From Lingula anatina (taxonomy: Eukaryota > Animalia > Brachiopoda), in contig CM120644.1 of the NCBI GenBank assembly GCA_051362555.1, forward strand, positions 10,500,567 through 10,564,566: a stretch of DNA of 64,000 bases. The letters run 5' to 3'. The position numbers and the translations under genes are program-made. The notes under the pieces were generated by a model. The model was not told the DNA's origin, searched no databases, and was given only the letters and a program-made list of their open reading frames with translations. Below, piece by piece: positions 1 to 14,462 of the stretch. Each line of letters starts with the position of its first letter. Positions within the stretch are counted from its first letter, which is position 1.

Positions 1-1260
1 TATAATTATACTATTGCTTGCCAGTAAACGATTAGGGAATTTATCTAAGTATACAAGTTGTGTCATAGCCGCATTGGAACGTTGAGATAAACGCATTAAG
101 TGATTAATAATATTGATTAACTAATTCGTTGACTGATATCCGCAGGTGAAACGAAGGTGACGACACGTTGAACTTAGATAAACTGACGTGCAATTAGTTA
201 CCCCTTCCCTATGCCTTGTGCTGTCTAGTTTCGCTTTAGTGCGGCGTGTGCTGCAGTTTATGTGCAAATCGGCTTACCTTCCTTATTTGCAATGTACTTG
301 TAAGTTCACAGTATATGCATGTGCCCTTACCTGTTGAAGACGACAGGCAGATGCTGATAAAATGTTCAGCAGGTGAGCATAGATTATGTACAATGCGATT
401 TTTACCACTCGATATGCACTTACATCTAGTAGTTCAGAATATATCTAAGCGAATGAAGGATTTGACTCAGTCTTTAATGAGCGCTATTTTAAGATAATCT
501 CCTTTAAAAGGGTTTGTAAATTAACTAATTCACGTTACTTTATACACTCCATTTTGTTTATTTGTTTGAATTCACCTAAGCCATGGAACCCTTATAAAAA
601 AAATTACACATATACCCGGTAATGCCCAAAATATTTTTCATCTTTTTTTTTCTGCGCCGGAAGGGTTGCATAACGGTGTTCATAAGGTCTAAGTGCCTGC
701 ATGTTTACAGTTCGACTTCAAACCCTTTTTTCTGTAGAATAGGAGACAATTTGCGGTTACCTTTCCAAGATAATGGTCTACTGAACTATTGGGATTGTTC
801 AAACGCAATTAGGTAATTCAACTTGCATTAATTGTTATGCACAGGGAATAGGGGTAGTTCTTAAGTCCACGGCCGGTGAAGTAAAGTTCAGTGGACAGTG
901 ATATGAGACGTGACCATTGATATAAGTATTGTAATAAGATTGAGATTGCCAAGATGATTCACAGAGAAGACAGTTGCCGTTTAGAAGAGTCTGTTTGAAA
1001 TATTAAAAAAAAAAAGATTGTAAAAGATAAGCAGCTGGCGAGGTAAAGTGTGATTGTGATTTCATTGACAATATTTATTATTATTATTATTATTTTTATT
1101 ATTATTGTTCTATTCTACGATCATCACTTGTGGAAATCACGTTGAAAACGTGTACAACGTGTAAGAGGCCTGATGCTTACTTTGATCGTCATAAACATCT
1201 CGGAACTGCGAAAGATGACAGTTGTATCATACAAAGTCTGTTAGTGCGAGACCCAGCTAT

Positions 1261-1423
1261 CAAGGGCGGATTGAGGCCGTCTTCTGGGTCTTCCGGAAGA
1301 CGGTCAGATTTTCAAGTTTGACGGATATCTAATTTTTTCTCTCGGAAGACGGTCAAAAATACAGGACGGATCAACAAAGATAATTTAGAAGACTGTCAGT
1401 AAATAGCTCTGGATCCGCCCCTG
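1261..1423. mobile_element. Short non-autonomous hAT-like MITE with 5-bp TSD (hAT5-type)
   Basis: Imperfect TIRs CAAGGGCGGATTGAG / CTGGATCCGCCCCTG, flanked on both sides by GCTAT (1256-1260 and 1424-1428); internal GGAAGACGGTC repeats. Confidence 0.55.
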
Positions 1424-4400
1424 GCTATCATAAAGGTGGGCGTTGACTTGTGATTTAATTTCCATATATTGTACATATAGAGCCTGTCGCAAGGCATACT
1501 TTACATTTGTTATACATGTAGCTTCTGCGAGTATTATTTCGTTCAAGAGATGCATACCGGTATCTTCGAATATGATTTGCAAGCGTTAGAGCTTAATGAA
1601 AGTGCTGGTTGGTATTCATTTTAATGAGATTTACAGAAATGTTACAATCACCACATTTTTTTGGTGAAAACAGTAGCACTGCTGTTATATATAAATCGTG
1701 TACATAAAAAGTTTAACGTCGAAAAGAAAATCAGTTGGCAACATTTTATAAATACAAATAACGGGTTGCTGCAGTATGCAGTTAAATTCGAGTTAGAATG
1801 CATTAAGTCAGTGCATTCACCCCCTCCCTCCCCTACAAGGTTATCTGGGCGTTGACAACACCTGTTCAGTGCGTCTCCCAGCTCACCTGAGGATTTAATT
1901 GGATTGAATCATAGGCATGCTATTTACCACTCATTTAATTCCCCACAATCCAAACACCTGTCGTATTGAAACACATTCGTTCCTGCGGGTATAAGAACGG
2001 CTAGATTATGCATTAGCTATGATCAAGTAGACTTTCTTTGAGACTGTCGTCACGGCTTCTGTGGAATATCCCGTTATCCTATTTCCGTTATTCTTGAGGC
2101 CTATTTGATAAGCCAGGATTACAATAAAGAATGCATCAAAAAGGCAAACTAAGACAGGCTTATACAATGACAGATGTCTGTATGAGAAGCAATGTGAGAC
2201 CCTAAAGATAGCAGTTGATTGTGTTACATTTCGGCGCCCACGATGACTTTATCAAAGCGCCAGATGATGGTGTGAGTTAATGTACCTGTTTTGTAACATT
2301 TTAGAAACATTAAAACATTAGAATATCCCATCTGCCTTTGGCAGTAAATATTAAGCTTAATTGTGTCTGAACTGAAAGAGACTACCACTATGCCATACAA
2401 AATTGCTAACCAGGGTGCCGGGATGAAACACAAGGAGGTCCGGTTACAAAAATGGTCTGAAAAAGTGGGATATTTCCATTATTTCTGTAAATTCCTCATC
2501 GCATCGTTTATCGCTTTTGGGAATTTAATCCACCTACGTAATTTTTGGACGAGGTACACCTTGCCAACATGATATAACCTCAGACCACATCACCACCAAA
2601 ACCCTGATGTCAGTAAATGACCTTTTTTCAAATCAGTAATTTGATTGAGGTCTCATGGAAGTATATTAATCAAATAACGTCAAGAAGCAGACAGTAGGGG
2701 AAAAAAACCCGGAAAATCCATGTGAAGAAATTAAGTCTCGAAACGTAATTTAGCTATGTTATGACTAGATGACAGTGATTTCAAGTAAATCATCAGATAA
2801 AGTGAAATAAAAATGATAAAAATGATGCATCTTTGTAGAAAAATAAGTAATGTAAGCGTGATGACTCTTCATTTAATTCAATATTTTCTAATAAAGTAAA
2901 AATAATTTTAAAAAAAATTAAAAAGAAATCCGGTTAGTAGTAAGATTCAACCACTAAGCCATGCATCCTCGCAACTATGGCCGGTACGAAATAAGAAAAG
3001 TGCAAAGAAAAAATAGAACTTCTACTCTTAATATCACCTTCCATGCAATATTGCTGTCTGGCCAAAAAAAATTTAAATGGCTATTTTTTTTTATTAAAAC
3101 TTGTTTGGATACTGATGAACAAAAGAAAGAGAGTGTAACGAAAATCAAATCGCCATGTGCCCTCCATTAGACCAAAAAGTAAATTATCACAAAACCTTTC
3201 CAAATGAAACAAAAATCCATTCCGAATACTAGATCTCAGTCCGAACGCTTGCAGCAAGTCAATCTCAACATTGATGAACGAGGCCTTGTGGGGTATAAAG
3301 AAAATAGATAGTTCAGACGCCCGAGGCATGTCGAGTCATCTCGTGTCAGGAGTTTTAATTACTGTAACAAGGCTCCTCTGTCTCGAAGTCAGCCAAACTG
3401 AGAGGAAGACGATCGATGGTAATAGCGAGATTACACGAGAGACCTCGTGTCGCGCCCAGTGCGAGACCGACGGACCCCCTGGTTCATTTGGGGAAGACCC
3501 AGTGTTATAGAGCAATGTGTTCCATCATTCCAACGGCAGATAGAACTGTGTTCTAATGTGTCTTTTTTAAATATAGAACTAACATCGTTGTTGCCAATTT
3601 GCAAAGAAGTTTTTGCATTTGGCTTAATTATTGCAATCCTTATAGAAGAAATCTGAGGTTTGAACATATACTAGTACGTTGCGCAAACAGACAAAAAAAA
3701 AAAAAAAACAATTTTGAAAATCATCACATTCTGGTATGGATGGATTATTGTAGTAGGTTTTATGCTTTAGGAATTATTGTTTAAGCTTTGGGTGTCCCAT
3801 CCCAGTGAAATACCTTGTGCACTGACAAAACCTAGGTGACGTAGACCAAATAGGTTCAGATGGTTGGGAAAATACAAGTGTGCACGGAGTCTGACTGTCG
3901 GAATAGCTTGGCTATCTATGCACATATCTATTGCAGTCTAATTTGTATTCATTGGTATCCATTTCACCTGATATAGTTCCCTCATCTTTTCAATTGGCAA
4001 ACAAGCAAACGATCACCTAGATAAAGGCACCGTCATATCCAGAAATTACTTGTTCTAATTTTACACAAATTGCACTGGAATCAATACACACAGGGAATTT
4101 ATCGGAAGTTTTCCAAAACTGGAAAAAAAAAACACTCACACGTATTTGCATGTATATACGGGGCGTTTTCTAAAACATTATTTTAACATATACGCTTTCC
4201 AGCAATAAATCATTCATACATGACGTTTGAAGGTGCTTGGCATTTAAATATAAAGAATGATAGTTTATCAATTTACTGTCTTGATATCATTTGAGTAGAA
4301 GTCTAAAACTTGATTTACTGGAGAGTGTAGAAATCTCCTTTAGCACAACGTAATTGTGAAGTAATTGCAACAAAGCTTTACTAATATTCTGTAACTATCT

Positions 4401-5459
4401 TCGTTATATAATATACGGTTTGTGTGCAATCAAGAGTGAAATAAGTCTACGCTCTATAGCTATTTCTGTGTCAAATGATTTCACTCTGCAGAGGTCTTGT
4501 CGTAATCTGGCACCAGACATGTAATCGCAGATCTTGCGAGACATCTGTTAGGATGTTGCATTCATTTTTTTTCCAAACCAGTAACTATCGTTTTACCTGA
4601 TGCCTTTCGTTGAATGTTTTTATACGCTTACCATAAATCAAATTTCCAGGAAACTTTTACATCGTTGACACCAAGGGACGCATGAGTGCTATTCAATTCG
4701 GAAGGGTGTTGATAAATTACAGCCAAAGAAACATAAATCAATATCCTACATACATCTAAAGAATTAAGTCTCAAAGAAGACCAAACAAATAAGAACTGCA
4801 CGAAATCTGCGTAAAACGTTCACATTCGGATACGTTAATTATGTCTTCAATTAAAAGAACAAGTTATTTGCTTGTTTTTATCTGATACGTAAAACGTACA
4901 AATTCCCTATAAAAGTGTTTTATCTACTGAATTAACCCAACCCCTTTCTTTTGTTCTTTTGTGGCGCATCGATGACTACCTACGAGGTCTATATTTATTT
5001 ACAACTCATGTTTATTTTATTTTATTTTTTGATAATTTTATGCAGTTTTTGTTATAATACAATTAAATCTTGTTTTATGCTTGTCCATATACGACTTCTT
5101 TGAGGATCCATGCTGTCTATTTACTCATATGTATATTATATGCTCAGTTATATATTATTTTACATGTTATATACTAAATGTAAATCGCCTGTATTCATCT
5201 CGCAAAAATTCTTTTTACCAAAATAATTGTAGAACGTTCATTGTGGTTAACGTATTCAACTTTACTTAAATAGGACACGTTATTTTAACGAAAACAAACA
5301 ATACATATTACCTAGTACTTGAATTCTAAATAATACTATAACTTATCGGCTTGGCCATCGTCATCTTCGTTCATCGAGGCACAAGCCAAACAAAGACACT
5401 GTTCGTATCGATGTTATCATAATTATCACCCAACCCAAATATAGGATGACCAGTAGTAC

Positions 5460-5680
5460 CGGGTCAGGTCAGGTCGCTTTATTTTAAAACTGCCTCGTTG
5501 CAGGCACGGTCCATTGGGTACGCGTCTGGTAGCACCAGGCGTTAAGGCCAAGTTTTCCAGCCAGGTCGTCTCCACTGGCGCCCGGTCTACAGTTCATCAC
5601 CTATCAGAAAGAACGGAAATGTTACCCTGACATTGACCTTAAGCAGATCCGCACTGACCATTGCCTGGCACAGAATACGG
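5460..5680 (-). mobile_element. Possible SINE/LINE 3' fragment
   Basis: GC-richer island. On the minus strand it ends in AATAAAG followed by a short (GACCT)n tandem tail, typical of retroposon 3' ends. Confidence 0.25.
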
Positions 5681-7934
5681 ATGTCTAATAATAACCGATT
5701 TTTTATGATTTATATTATGGTGCAGTACGAAATGAACTGGTGCTGTTTTTTTTATTTTATTTTTTGAACAAAGTTATTACAAAGGATAGAAGGAATATTA
5801 TTAAGAAAGCATATATCATGCAAGTAAAATAATTAGTGCTCTTATATGAGGAAACGGTTTACATATCCTATTACCGCTTAATGAAGTCGACTTTTTGAAA
5901 TATCAGAAGGGATTGTTTCCCAAACATTGGTAAATTGGTGCACGAAAGCAACAAAGGCATTGTTCAGGTGTGCCAAGAAATAATCTACAGTAACGTTTGT
6001 TTCGTGCAGAAAGTAAAATAAACACAGTTACAGCCATTAACCATCGTTTATCAAACAATTACTCCCCAAAGCTAAGGGTGAGTGCCGTTGAAATTGGGTG
6101 CCGATCACAGGGTGGTAGAGGCGGTGACCGCGATGTCGTACTGTGGGACGGTAAATTAACTTCACTTTCTGTTATCTCACGGTTGTATTTAATGAATTAC
6201 CTGACGATTGATCCCTGGCCAATCCCGAGATACGCACACTAATTCAGACCATGTTTCAATACTTTGGAACGGTTGATCATGAATTAAATTAGTTTGTTTG
6301 CTATCCATTTTCCCAACTCAGTTTCTCCGTAAAATATATCATCGCGATCAACAAACCACCTACTCAATCGTACAATCGTATACTTAATTTCAACCCAACT
6401 GTAAAGTTTTTCATCATTTTAACATAACATAACGTTTAGTCAATGATAATACGATTTTCTTGTATTATTATCATGGTTTATAGTCATTCCCATTGATGAA
6501 CCTGCAGATAATGTTATTATAAGGACAACTGAGATATTAAAACAGGAAATAATAATTGGCCTTATTATCTTATTATTGCCAGTGACATCCAGCCATGAGT
6601 GTAGTGGAGATAAGCCAAAAACATCAAACAGTGTAGCAGCCCACTAGTACTTCATAGTTTCTCTGTAAAGAAGGTTCATGTAGTGTTTTCTGCCTGACAA
6701 GCGACACTGTAAATTATATACTATTACGCTGTACAGACAGGGTCCTGTGGCTCTAAGGTCAAATTCATTGTGCTTTCCCAGCAATTCCTCTTGGAGGGGT
6801 CAAATTCTGTTGACACTTTCTATCAAAAACATTCGTTATTTTGATAGATAACAGATGTTCAATTGCAAAGGGCTCCTTTCTATCATTGTTCTGCTTCAAA
6901 AATTATTATGTTCACAGCTCTTATACCGTAATTCTTTGACGTTTGTTAAGTACGACGTAAATCACTGTGAGCAGATTTGTTTCACATCCAAGCAAATTGG
7001 TTACTTTTGTCATTGCTTATATTTTTTCTTGTTAGACAATAAGTTTGGGCATGTCTCCATGTCTATATATAAAACAATCAGAACATCTCCACGAGTAAAC
7101 AACCATATCTAGATCAGCTGTCCCGGTTCATCCTGTATCTGGTGTGCACGAATAGCGGCAATGCCCGGGCACAGTGGCGCCCACGATACATAGGCATTAC
7201 TTTAACTGAATTGCACTCGTTTAACTCGACCAAGTACCGCCCACGACAAACCCTTGCGTTGCTTATAAAACAAAAGAACATCAAACTTGCCACACGCAAC
7301 AAGTCGCAATTCTTTGGCACACGCGAGCTCCCCTAACCAAGAGGTAGGTAACGCACTGCAGTATATTACTATAGTTTGTCAATTACCACAAGCTTACTTA
7401 ATTCACACTGTGGGTTCTAAAAGCTTGTTTTCTAGTACTTTTACGAGTTGGGTTTATGGCCAGCGTCAAATAGTATCAATCTGAATTACTCGAATGACTT
7501 ACAATTTAACAGGTAAATTTTTCGGACGTACGATTGTACTATTGCGGTACCGGTTTATCATCTGTCACACTTTTCAGTAATTAATTAATGTTTTAAGTGC
7601 AACACAGTCTAACACAAGTCTAAAATACATAAAAGCTAAGTATTTGTTAAGGCGTACATGAGTTTATTTATTAATTAATTAATTTATTTATTTATTTTGT
7701 TGTGGGGGAGGACGCGCGCGCTCTTTACGCTTATGTAGGGGGTATATATAAATGTTTATAACGATGATAAATATATGAATGAATAACATCAAAGTTCGGT
7801 GATTATATTATATTAAGGATAGAGACTGAATTACGCAACACGCGTTACATTATGATTATATTATGTGCTGGTGACACAGACGGACGCCTGCGTGCAAGAA
7901 CTATTTACGCTGATTATCTGTTTATGCGTCCGAT

Positions 7935-8160
7935 GATCACGTTCTGCAGACTGATAGGTAAGTATATTGCAAAAAATGTGACTTGTCACAATTAATAGAT
8001 GACGATAAATTGGTGTTGCAGTGTACAATTTACACTGATTACATACTATCAACGTTCTTATGATCGCATTCTGCAGTTCATAGGTAAGTGATTGCAAAAC
8101 GTTCATAGGTAAGTGATTGCAAAAATTGTGACTTGTCACAATAGATAACGATAACCTTCT
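7935..8160. repeat. Degenerate local tandem duplication
   Basis: ATAGGTAAGT..ATTGCAAAA occurs three times; GTGACTTGTCACAAT..AGAT.ACGATAA occurs twice. Confidence 0.6.
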
Positions 8161-10724
8161 GTGTTACGGGAACGATTTCTGACAGTTCCAAAATGTGACA
8201 CATACGGAGAATAATTCAAGGTTTCGGCCTTTGTATTAAAGCCGTCATTTGCTTTTTAAAGATGCATCAATGCGATATGAAACTTATACATAGCTAAGTA
8301 ACCTTATGTAAAACACCGACGGGACATTAAACTTCGCAAAGATCAATCAGAAATGTCATTATAGCGCCTTTATATAGTGAATGTGATGACTTGTTTCATC
8401 AGCTTGCTATTGTCGCCCAGTAATAGAAGCGATTTTAATAATCTCATGGCAAAAGTAACACTGGTGGCAATTTAGCTAGATAATTGCAAAAAAGGAATTT
8501 TGCATCATTCTCTTTATCACGTCCATAGAACAAGATAGAATGGAATGATAATAGGCACTTGATCATCTGCAATATTGCTATAGGCACGCAGGAATAAAAG
8601 GACATGAAAGTGATGGGTTAGTCTTTGTAAATGTTATAGATATGAGTATTTAACGGAGATAGAAACACGTTCGGACGCGGTCATCTTGCGCAGGGGTCAC
8701 AAGCACTGTGGTCGCTTTGGGTCATACATTATACTGAATCATAAATTACATCATGAACTCATCATGACCTGTTGCCTGGCAGTATTTTGTCTTAATTTCA
8801 CATAATAAGTTCTTTTAAGTTACCTTGCCAAATGTACAGAAGTACAAAAGTAGAGTTTTAGGCGGAGTAAAAATGTAGTTTGAAGTCATACCTGTTCTTT
8901 TCTGTATGTAACAATTAATAGTTTATAGTAGAATTACATGAAGTTCACCATCTTCTTTGCACGGTAACCCGTAAATTCCTATAAAAAGTTTAGCTTTTTA
9001 ACCATTCTGCTAGAATTACACATCTAAATATAGACATACACACCAAACTAAAAGAAAAACAATTTCCTGGTCAAAAGTGTTAAAGTTGTTTGGAAATCAT
9101 GCCTACTCTGTGTAAAGTTATTCCCCACTGGAGCGCCCTGCCCCTCCGTACCACTAATCAGTCATTAGCACCGCGTTCAATTTTGCAGCTTGTGTCCCCC
9201 ACTGTGCCCGCCCGGTACTCGCGTGGGGATCGGGATAGCCATTAATGAAATTGATGGCAATGTTGTGTTTCATTTACATGGCCAGAAATAATGGTTTGTA
9301 ATCCCCAAGGCACGGGAACCAAATTAAAAAGATCTCGGCCAAGGTGGCGGTTCGGCTTCCACCACGCAGCGTGGGACTTTGGGCACATAGCGGTGATGTT
9401 TTGGACGGTCAAGTTTATTTCAGGTCACCGATATGTATTGATGTTCACATCACAGGTATGATGACGTTGTTAATTTATTGTCTTTAAAGTTGCAGCAGCA
9501 TTTTGTTGGTACTCCTATGTACAATGTGAATGCATGCTGATGCAAGCGGTATTATATGCCTCTTAATGTATATATAGCTTTTTTTTTAATTTTTAGCCGT
9601 TTAAAACACGTCCATCGTTTTTTTCTAATCACTTACCGAGGTAAAAATGTATCTAAACTCCAGAGGCAAAAGGTTCCCCGTGTTTGGTCATGCGTGTCTT
9701 GCGTTAAATGCTTCGGATCCTCGCGAGGCATATGCAAGAGACGTGAGAGCACAGAGGAAATGTCTTCAGAACAGAGTGAATTAATGGAATTATGCAGCAT
9801 GCCAAGGTGATGAAATGAAGTGTGTTTACCTCGGGAGACAAAGCACCGAGAAACATTTTCGAAAGTGATGTTTGCGTTGCCCTTATTGTCAAGCATCGGT
9901 TAACTAGTGCACATTTGGCACGTATCAAATTCCTTTGAAACAATTGCATGTACTGGCGGTATACCCCTGTGGAAGAGATTGCATCGAGAAATGGTTTTCA
10001 GTAAACATTGTTTCCATATTTTTCTCTCCTTACAGAAGAGGGTTTTCATGCCAACTTACAGAACATCAAAGTAGCCAACTTTGCACATAGGGGATTAAGA
10101 AAGAACCGATGTATCGTGAAAGAGCCTGTTCTTGGGAATCAAAATGAAAATTCTAGCTTTAGCATGAAAAATGCGCACATTTTTTACAAATGAAATTCTC
10201 TTCCTTGGGAGCCAAGATGGCAGACGCTTAGTGTTCTATTGTGCGCTATGATTGGACAGATCGTTTGCATCTTTGTTACTCCAAACGCCATTGACCAATG
10301 CATTATGATTTTGTTTCATTCCCCACCCTTTCTGCTTTTTTCACACCATAACACTTTATCTTACACCTCGTTCTATATTTTAAACTCGCGTTTATTCTCT
10401 TTTTATTTTTCTAAGCCAGGACAGCTAATACCAAAGCCTTATTATAACCCCCACATGGTCAAGTAATCAAAGCCCCCAGTGAGTCGTCGTGAAGGACGTT
10501 GGCTTATTAGTTCATGAAAAACATTTATTTTATAAGCCGCTGCGGAGATAATGCGATTTTAGGAACACATTGCTGCAAGACATGGTCCCATCGATCTGAC
10601 TTATTTTGCAATCTACCGCCTTGAGAAGGCAAGGGATGATTTTGTTGATCACACAGAAACCGGTGTAATGAGGGATTATAGAACGACTGAAATCTCAGTC
10701 AGTGTACTTTTAAATCATGAAACA

Positions 10725-10940
10725 AAAGAACAAAACGCCTTTTTATGCAATTGAAATGGTTAGGCACCGTTATCACAAGTTAAAACAGTTTGTGTCCTCG
10801 CAGTCTGTGTACTTTTATTTCTTGTAATAACAGGACAAAACGCCTTTTTACGCAACTAAAAAGGTTAGGCGCAGTTATCAAAAGCACGCAGCTCAATTCT
10901 TAAGTTGAATAATTCGTGTCCTCGGAGCTTGTAGCTTTCG
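10725..10940. repeat. Degenerate ~105-bp tandem duplication
   Basis: CAAAACGCCTTTTTA.GCAA...AA.GGTTAGGC...GTTATCA.AAG and GTGTCCTCG.AG each recur about 105-120 bp apart. Confidence 0.55.
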
Positions 10941-13049
10941 TTATGTTTCTAATGGTGGCGATTTAATCACGCTCATGTATTTACAAGGTAATGTAAAGTG
11001 ACATAATACATTAAAACACAGACAGACGGCCAAAGGAAAGCAATCACTGCAAATGCAATCCCCATTCTATTCAGGAAAGGGTGATATATATTCCTGTCAA
11101 TGATAGTAAAGTTTTAATTATTTACTAGGTTTTAGATGTTAGTTTTGGAAGTGCCCATACCAAAACTTTATTTTATCCTTAATGAATTACGTAATTAAAT
11201 ATTACTTCTGGCAATCAAGCGATATAATGTTCAAAGGAATTGAAAACTAATCAACAGCGCCTAAACTTAGCTGAAATGAGAAAGCCAGAAGTTAACAGTT
11301 TAAATAGGACCTTCAAATATTTTCAAGCCTGGAGCATTTAGAGTACTTCAAGTTTCACTTTTTCTGGCCACAGAGTGAACGCACTCTTCGTTTTGATGTG
11401 ACGATACCACTTACCGTATTCCCAATTCATTCTTAACAAGACGTTAGATTTGGCAATCGTATTAATTTGAACTTTCATGTTCTGGATTAATACCCACAAG
11501 AGTCCCATTCTATCGCCTCTATTACCTCGTTGATACATTGCTGATTTAGTGAAATATGCCTGTTTCTTTTTTCATTGTCTTTGAGCTGATACGCTGTTAT
11601 CACTTTATAATAATCTGAAACGCACGTCTTGCTTCAGAGATAAATTAAGAAGTTTCCTTAGAAATTGACGTAAGATATCCTTGTTCAGGTTAACCGGAGG
11701 GCCATACTGTCCCGCAGTGGCTTGGTATTACGTGCGTGTTTTTAATGCCAGATGTGTCTTTGTCTTTTCAGACGCAGCCAGTAGGGGAAAGAACTAATTG
11801 CCACTCTAACCAACGCACAGCACCTAGAGAAATTTGACAACAGATAAAAGATACGCCGGCGTGGACTTTCTTCTTGTTCACAGAACCTGATACGAGTGCC
11901 AGCCTTGGCATTAGTTCATGCCTCAAGATGGCGTGCGCTGGCATCAAAAGGAAAGACCACACGTCGACGAAGACGTATTAATGGATATTTTTTGTCTGAA
12001 ACTCCGTTTTGTTAATTTTGATATTGAGAGTCCTGAACAACGAGAACATTGGGCAGCACGGATGTTGTAGCTTATCGCGTTGGTGGATTTAAAAACGCAA
12101 CATACCAAGATTTTCTATTAAAAGGAGATCGGAACCCGGTCAATATTGGATTACCTCTGTGGAAAAGCAACGCAAAAAATCTTTAGGGCCGTTGTAGACG
12201 AGTGTGTATGGGCTACCAATCCAAGAAGGAAAGATCAGTTCTCTTTGATTGTTTACTTAGTGTGTGACGTGTGGGTTGATGGAAACGACGGCGGTATAGA
12301 TTTCTATTCGATCCAGTCCACTGTTATTACCAGCCTATGGACTGCTCCCTGCCTGCGCGCCAATATTGGACATGTATTATAATGGGATGTGACGAGCTCG
12401 AAATTAGACTTTGGTGATAGACGAAAACTGGAATGTAGGAAAACTTGGCTCCAGCAAGTAATTTAATGTAATAGATACCTTTGAAAAAGCAAGACATCCG
12501 TATTCTACACATGGCCAAAGCGTGAAGCATGCTGTAGCAGAAATACTGATTTATAGTACCGTTTTCTTATTATGGAGATGTAATGTAGAATACGATAAGA
12601 AAGAAACAAAACCATTGGATTGCTTGTAGCCTTTGGACACTTAACCAAACGGTTCTGAATGATACCTGCGAATTTGAGGAGCACAACAAGAACTACAAAT
12701 GCTTTTATAAACAGTGACGCTACTGCTAATGCACGCGAGTACAGCATAATCCCTGGTGTAAAGATTTACAGGGAAATCGCGGAGTTCCAGCGTTTCCATT
12801 TTTGTCTTCAAGACAGAAACCCTACTGGAAGTGAATGAATCAAGGCATGATCTGGATTTCATGTCGTTTTGGCGCCAAAGAAATAATAATTTGAATTTGA
12901 AGGGCATGTTTTGAATCATTGAATGGAAATAAAAACTGCTCACAGGTTTTAGTTTGAAGGGTGTGAACTGGCGATTAAAAAAAATTAATATTTCAAGATA
13001 AACGCTGTGTTAGTAGAATCACGAGGAATAAACTGCACCCTGAATAACC

Positions 13050-14462
13050 ATGGTGGATCTACCTTGGGGCCACGTTTACGTCAATGCAAGTCAAGAGAGG
13101 GGGACGTCTCCCGCCGTAAGCGGCCTAGGAGGGACTGATACCTCCACCGCTGTATGGGTATATCCACCCGGACATGAGGCAAGCCTCGAAGCCAAATTCG
13201 ACGCTGCTTATCACAACCAAAGCAATAATACCCATAGCTTGGGTCCAATATACAACAGTTTGGAACACTTAATCGTTACATCCGTTATTTTGGGGATTTT
13301 CATTCTCGCCACCATTATTGGAAACTGCTTCGTCATCGCTGCCATCGTTCTGGAGAAGCACCTGCAGAGCGCGGCCAATTATCTCATTGCCTCCCTTGCG
13401 GTGGCGGACCTATTTGTGGCGGCGTTGGTGCTTCCGCTTAGTGCGGTGAATGAAGTCAGCACTCACTGGCATCTCGGGAGCGAACTCTGCGACATGTGGA
13501 TCAGCATCGATGTGTTGTGCTGTACTGCTTCAATTTTACACCTGGTTGCCATAGCGCTAGACCGCTACTGGGCGGTGACGGACGTCAACTACATCCACCA
13601 GCGGAAACCCAGACGGATGGTGATAATGATCGCTGTCATCTGGGTATTCTCAGCCAGTATATGTTTCCCACCGCTTTTTGGATGGAAAGACAATAAAAAC
13701 GACCCATCGGTAACGGGACTGTGTATAATAAGTCAAGACTGGTGGTACACCGTATATTCCACTGGGCTTGCATTTTATCTGCCTTTAATAGTAATACTTG
13801 TTATATATGCAAAGGTGTTTAAAGCAGCAAAATCGAGAATTCGGCGGAGACAGTTCCAAGCGCCAGTAACTTCTAATGGACTTAATGGGCAAAAGCCAGA
13901 AGAAGTGAGCACGCTTCTACCCCCTACGGAGCTCGTTCCAGTTCCAAGCACCGAGAGTAACTCTGACACTGCGCAAAACAACGAAAACGGGAACGTCAAA
14001 AATAAAGACGTTAACCGGAATAATCACCACCAATCAGTGTGTGAAGACACCATGTCTGTTACAACCGACAGTCCTGATCAACGTAAACACAAACACAAGT
14101 TCGATCGAATGGACACCCACGGCAGACTTCTCAGTCCCAAAAAATGGTTTCCAGTTGCAAAAAAGAGAAAAGACATAAACAAAGAAAGACGAAAAATTGA
14201 GATGAAAAGGGAGAGGAGAGCAGCACGAACTCTTGCGATAATAACCGGTTCGTTTGTTGTCTGCTGGCTGCCATTTTTCATCGTCGCAATCGTGCGACCG
14301 TTTTGCGGCAACGTCTGCACCATCCCTGATTTACTGTCAAGCATTGTGAATTGGCTTGGTTATACGAACAGTCTCCTCAACCCAATTATATACAATATTT
14401 TCAACCCAGATTTTAGAGGAGCGTTTAGAAAAATAATATGTGGTCGATACAGACGACGGTGA
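13050..14462 (+). CDS. 5-HT1: 5-hydroxytryptamine (serotonin) receptor, 5-HT1 type, class A GPCR; intronless CDS, 470 aa
   Basis: Seven TM segments. TM1 GNCFVIAAI, TM2 SLAVADL, TM3 amine-binding Asp in IDVLCCTASILHL followed by DRYWAVT, TM4 FPPLFGW, long ICL3 ending KRERRAARTL, TM6 CWLPFF, TM7 WLGYTNSLLNPIIY. Very short C-tail (FRGAFRKII) and N-terminal sequons. This matches the invertebrate 5-HT1 pattern. Confidence 0.93.
   Translation: MVDLPWGHVYVNASQERGTSPAVSGLGGTDTSTAVWVYPPGHEASLEAKFDAAYHNQSNNTHSLGPIYNSLEHLIVTSVILGIFILATIIGNCFVIAAIVLEKHLQSAANYLIASLAVADLFVAALVLPLSAVNEVSTHWHLGSELCDMWISIDVLCCTASILHLVAIALDRYWAVTDVNYIHQRKPRRMVIMIAVIWVFSASICFPPLFGWKDNKNDPSVTGLCIISQDWWYTVYSTGLAFYLPLIVILVIYAKVFKAAKSRIRRRQFQAPVTSNGLNGQKPEEVSTLLPPTELVPVPSTESNSDTAQNNENGNVKNKDVNRNNHHQSVCEDTMSVTTDSPDQRKHKHKFDRMDTHGRLLSPKKWFPVAKKRKDINKERRKIEMKRERRAARTLAIITGSFVVCWLPFFIVAIVRPFCGNVCTIPDLLSSIVNWLGYTNSLLNPIIYNIFNPDFRGAFRKIICGRYRRR

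Noticed and set aside
7940-8115. ttctgcag-(7-8 nt)-gtaagt micro-exon-like units
   Set aside because: Lengths are not multiples of 3, they lie within a local tandem repeat, and there are no flanking coding exons.
1-11700. Numerous 60-100 aa ORFs upstream of the receptor
   Set aside because: No recognisable motifs, many non-ATG starts and low-complexity composition; treated as intergenic/intronic.
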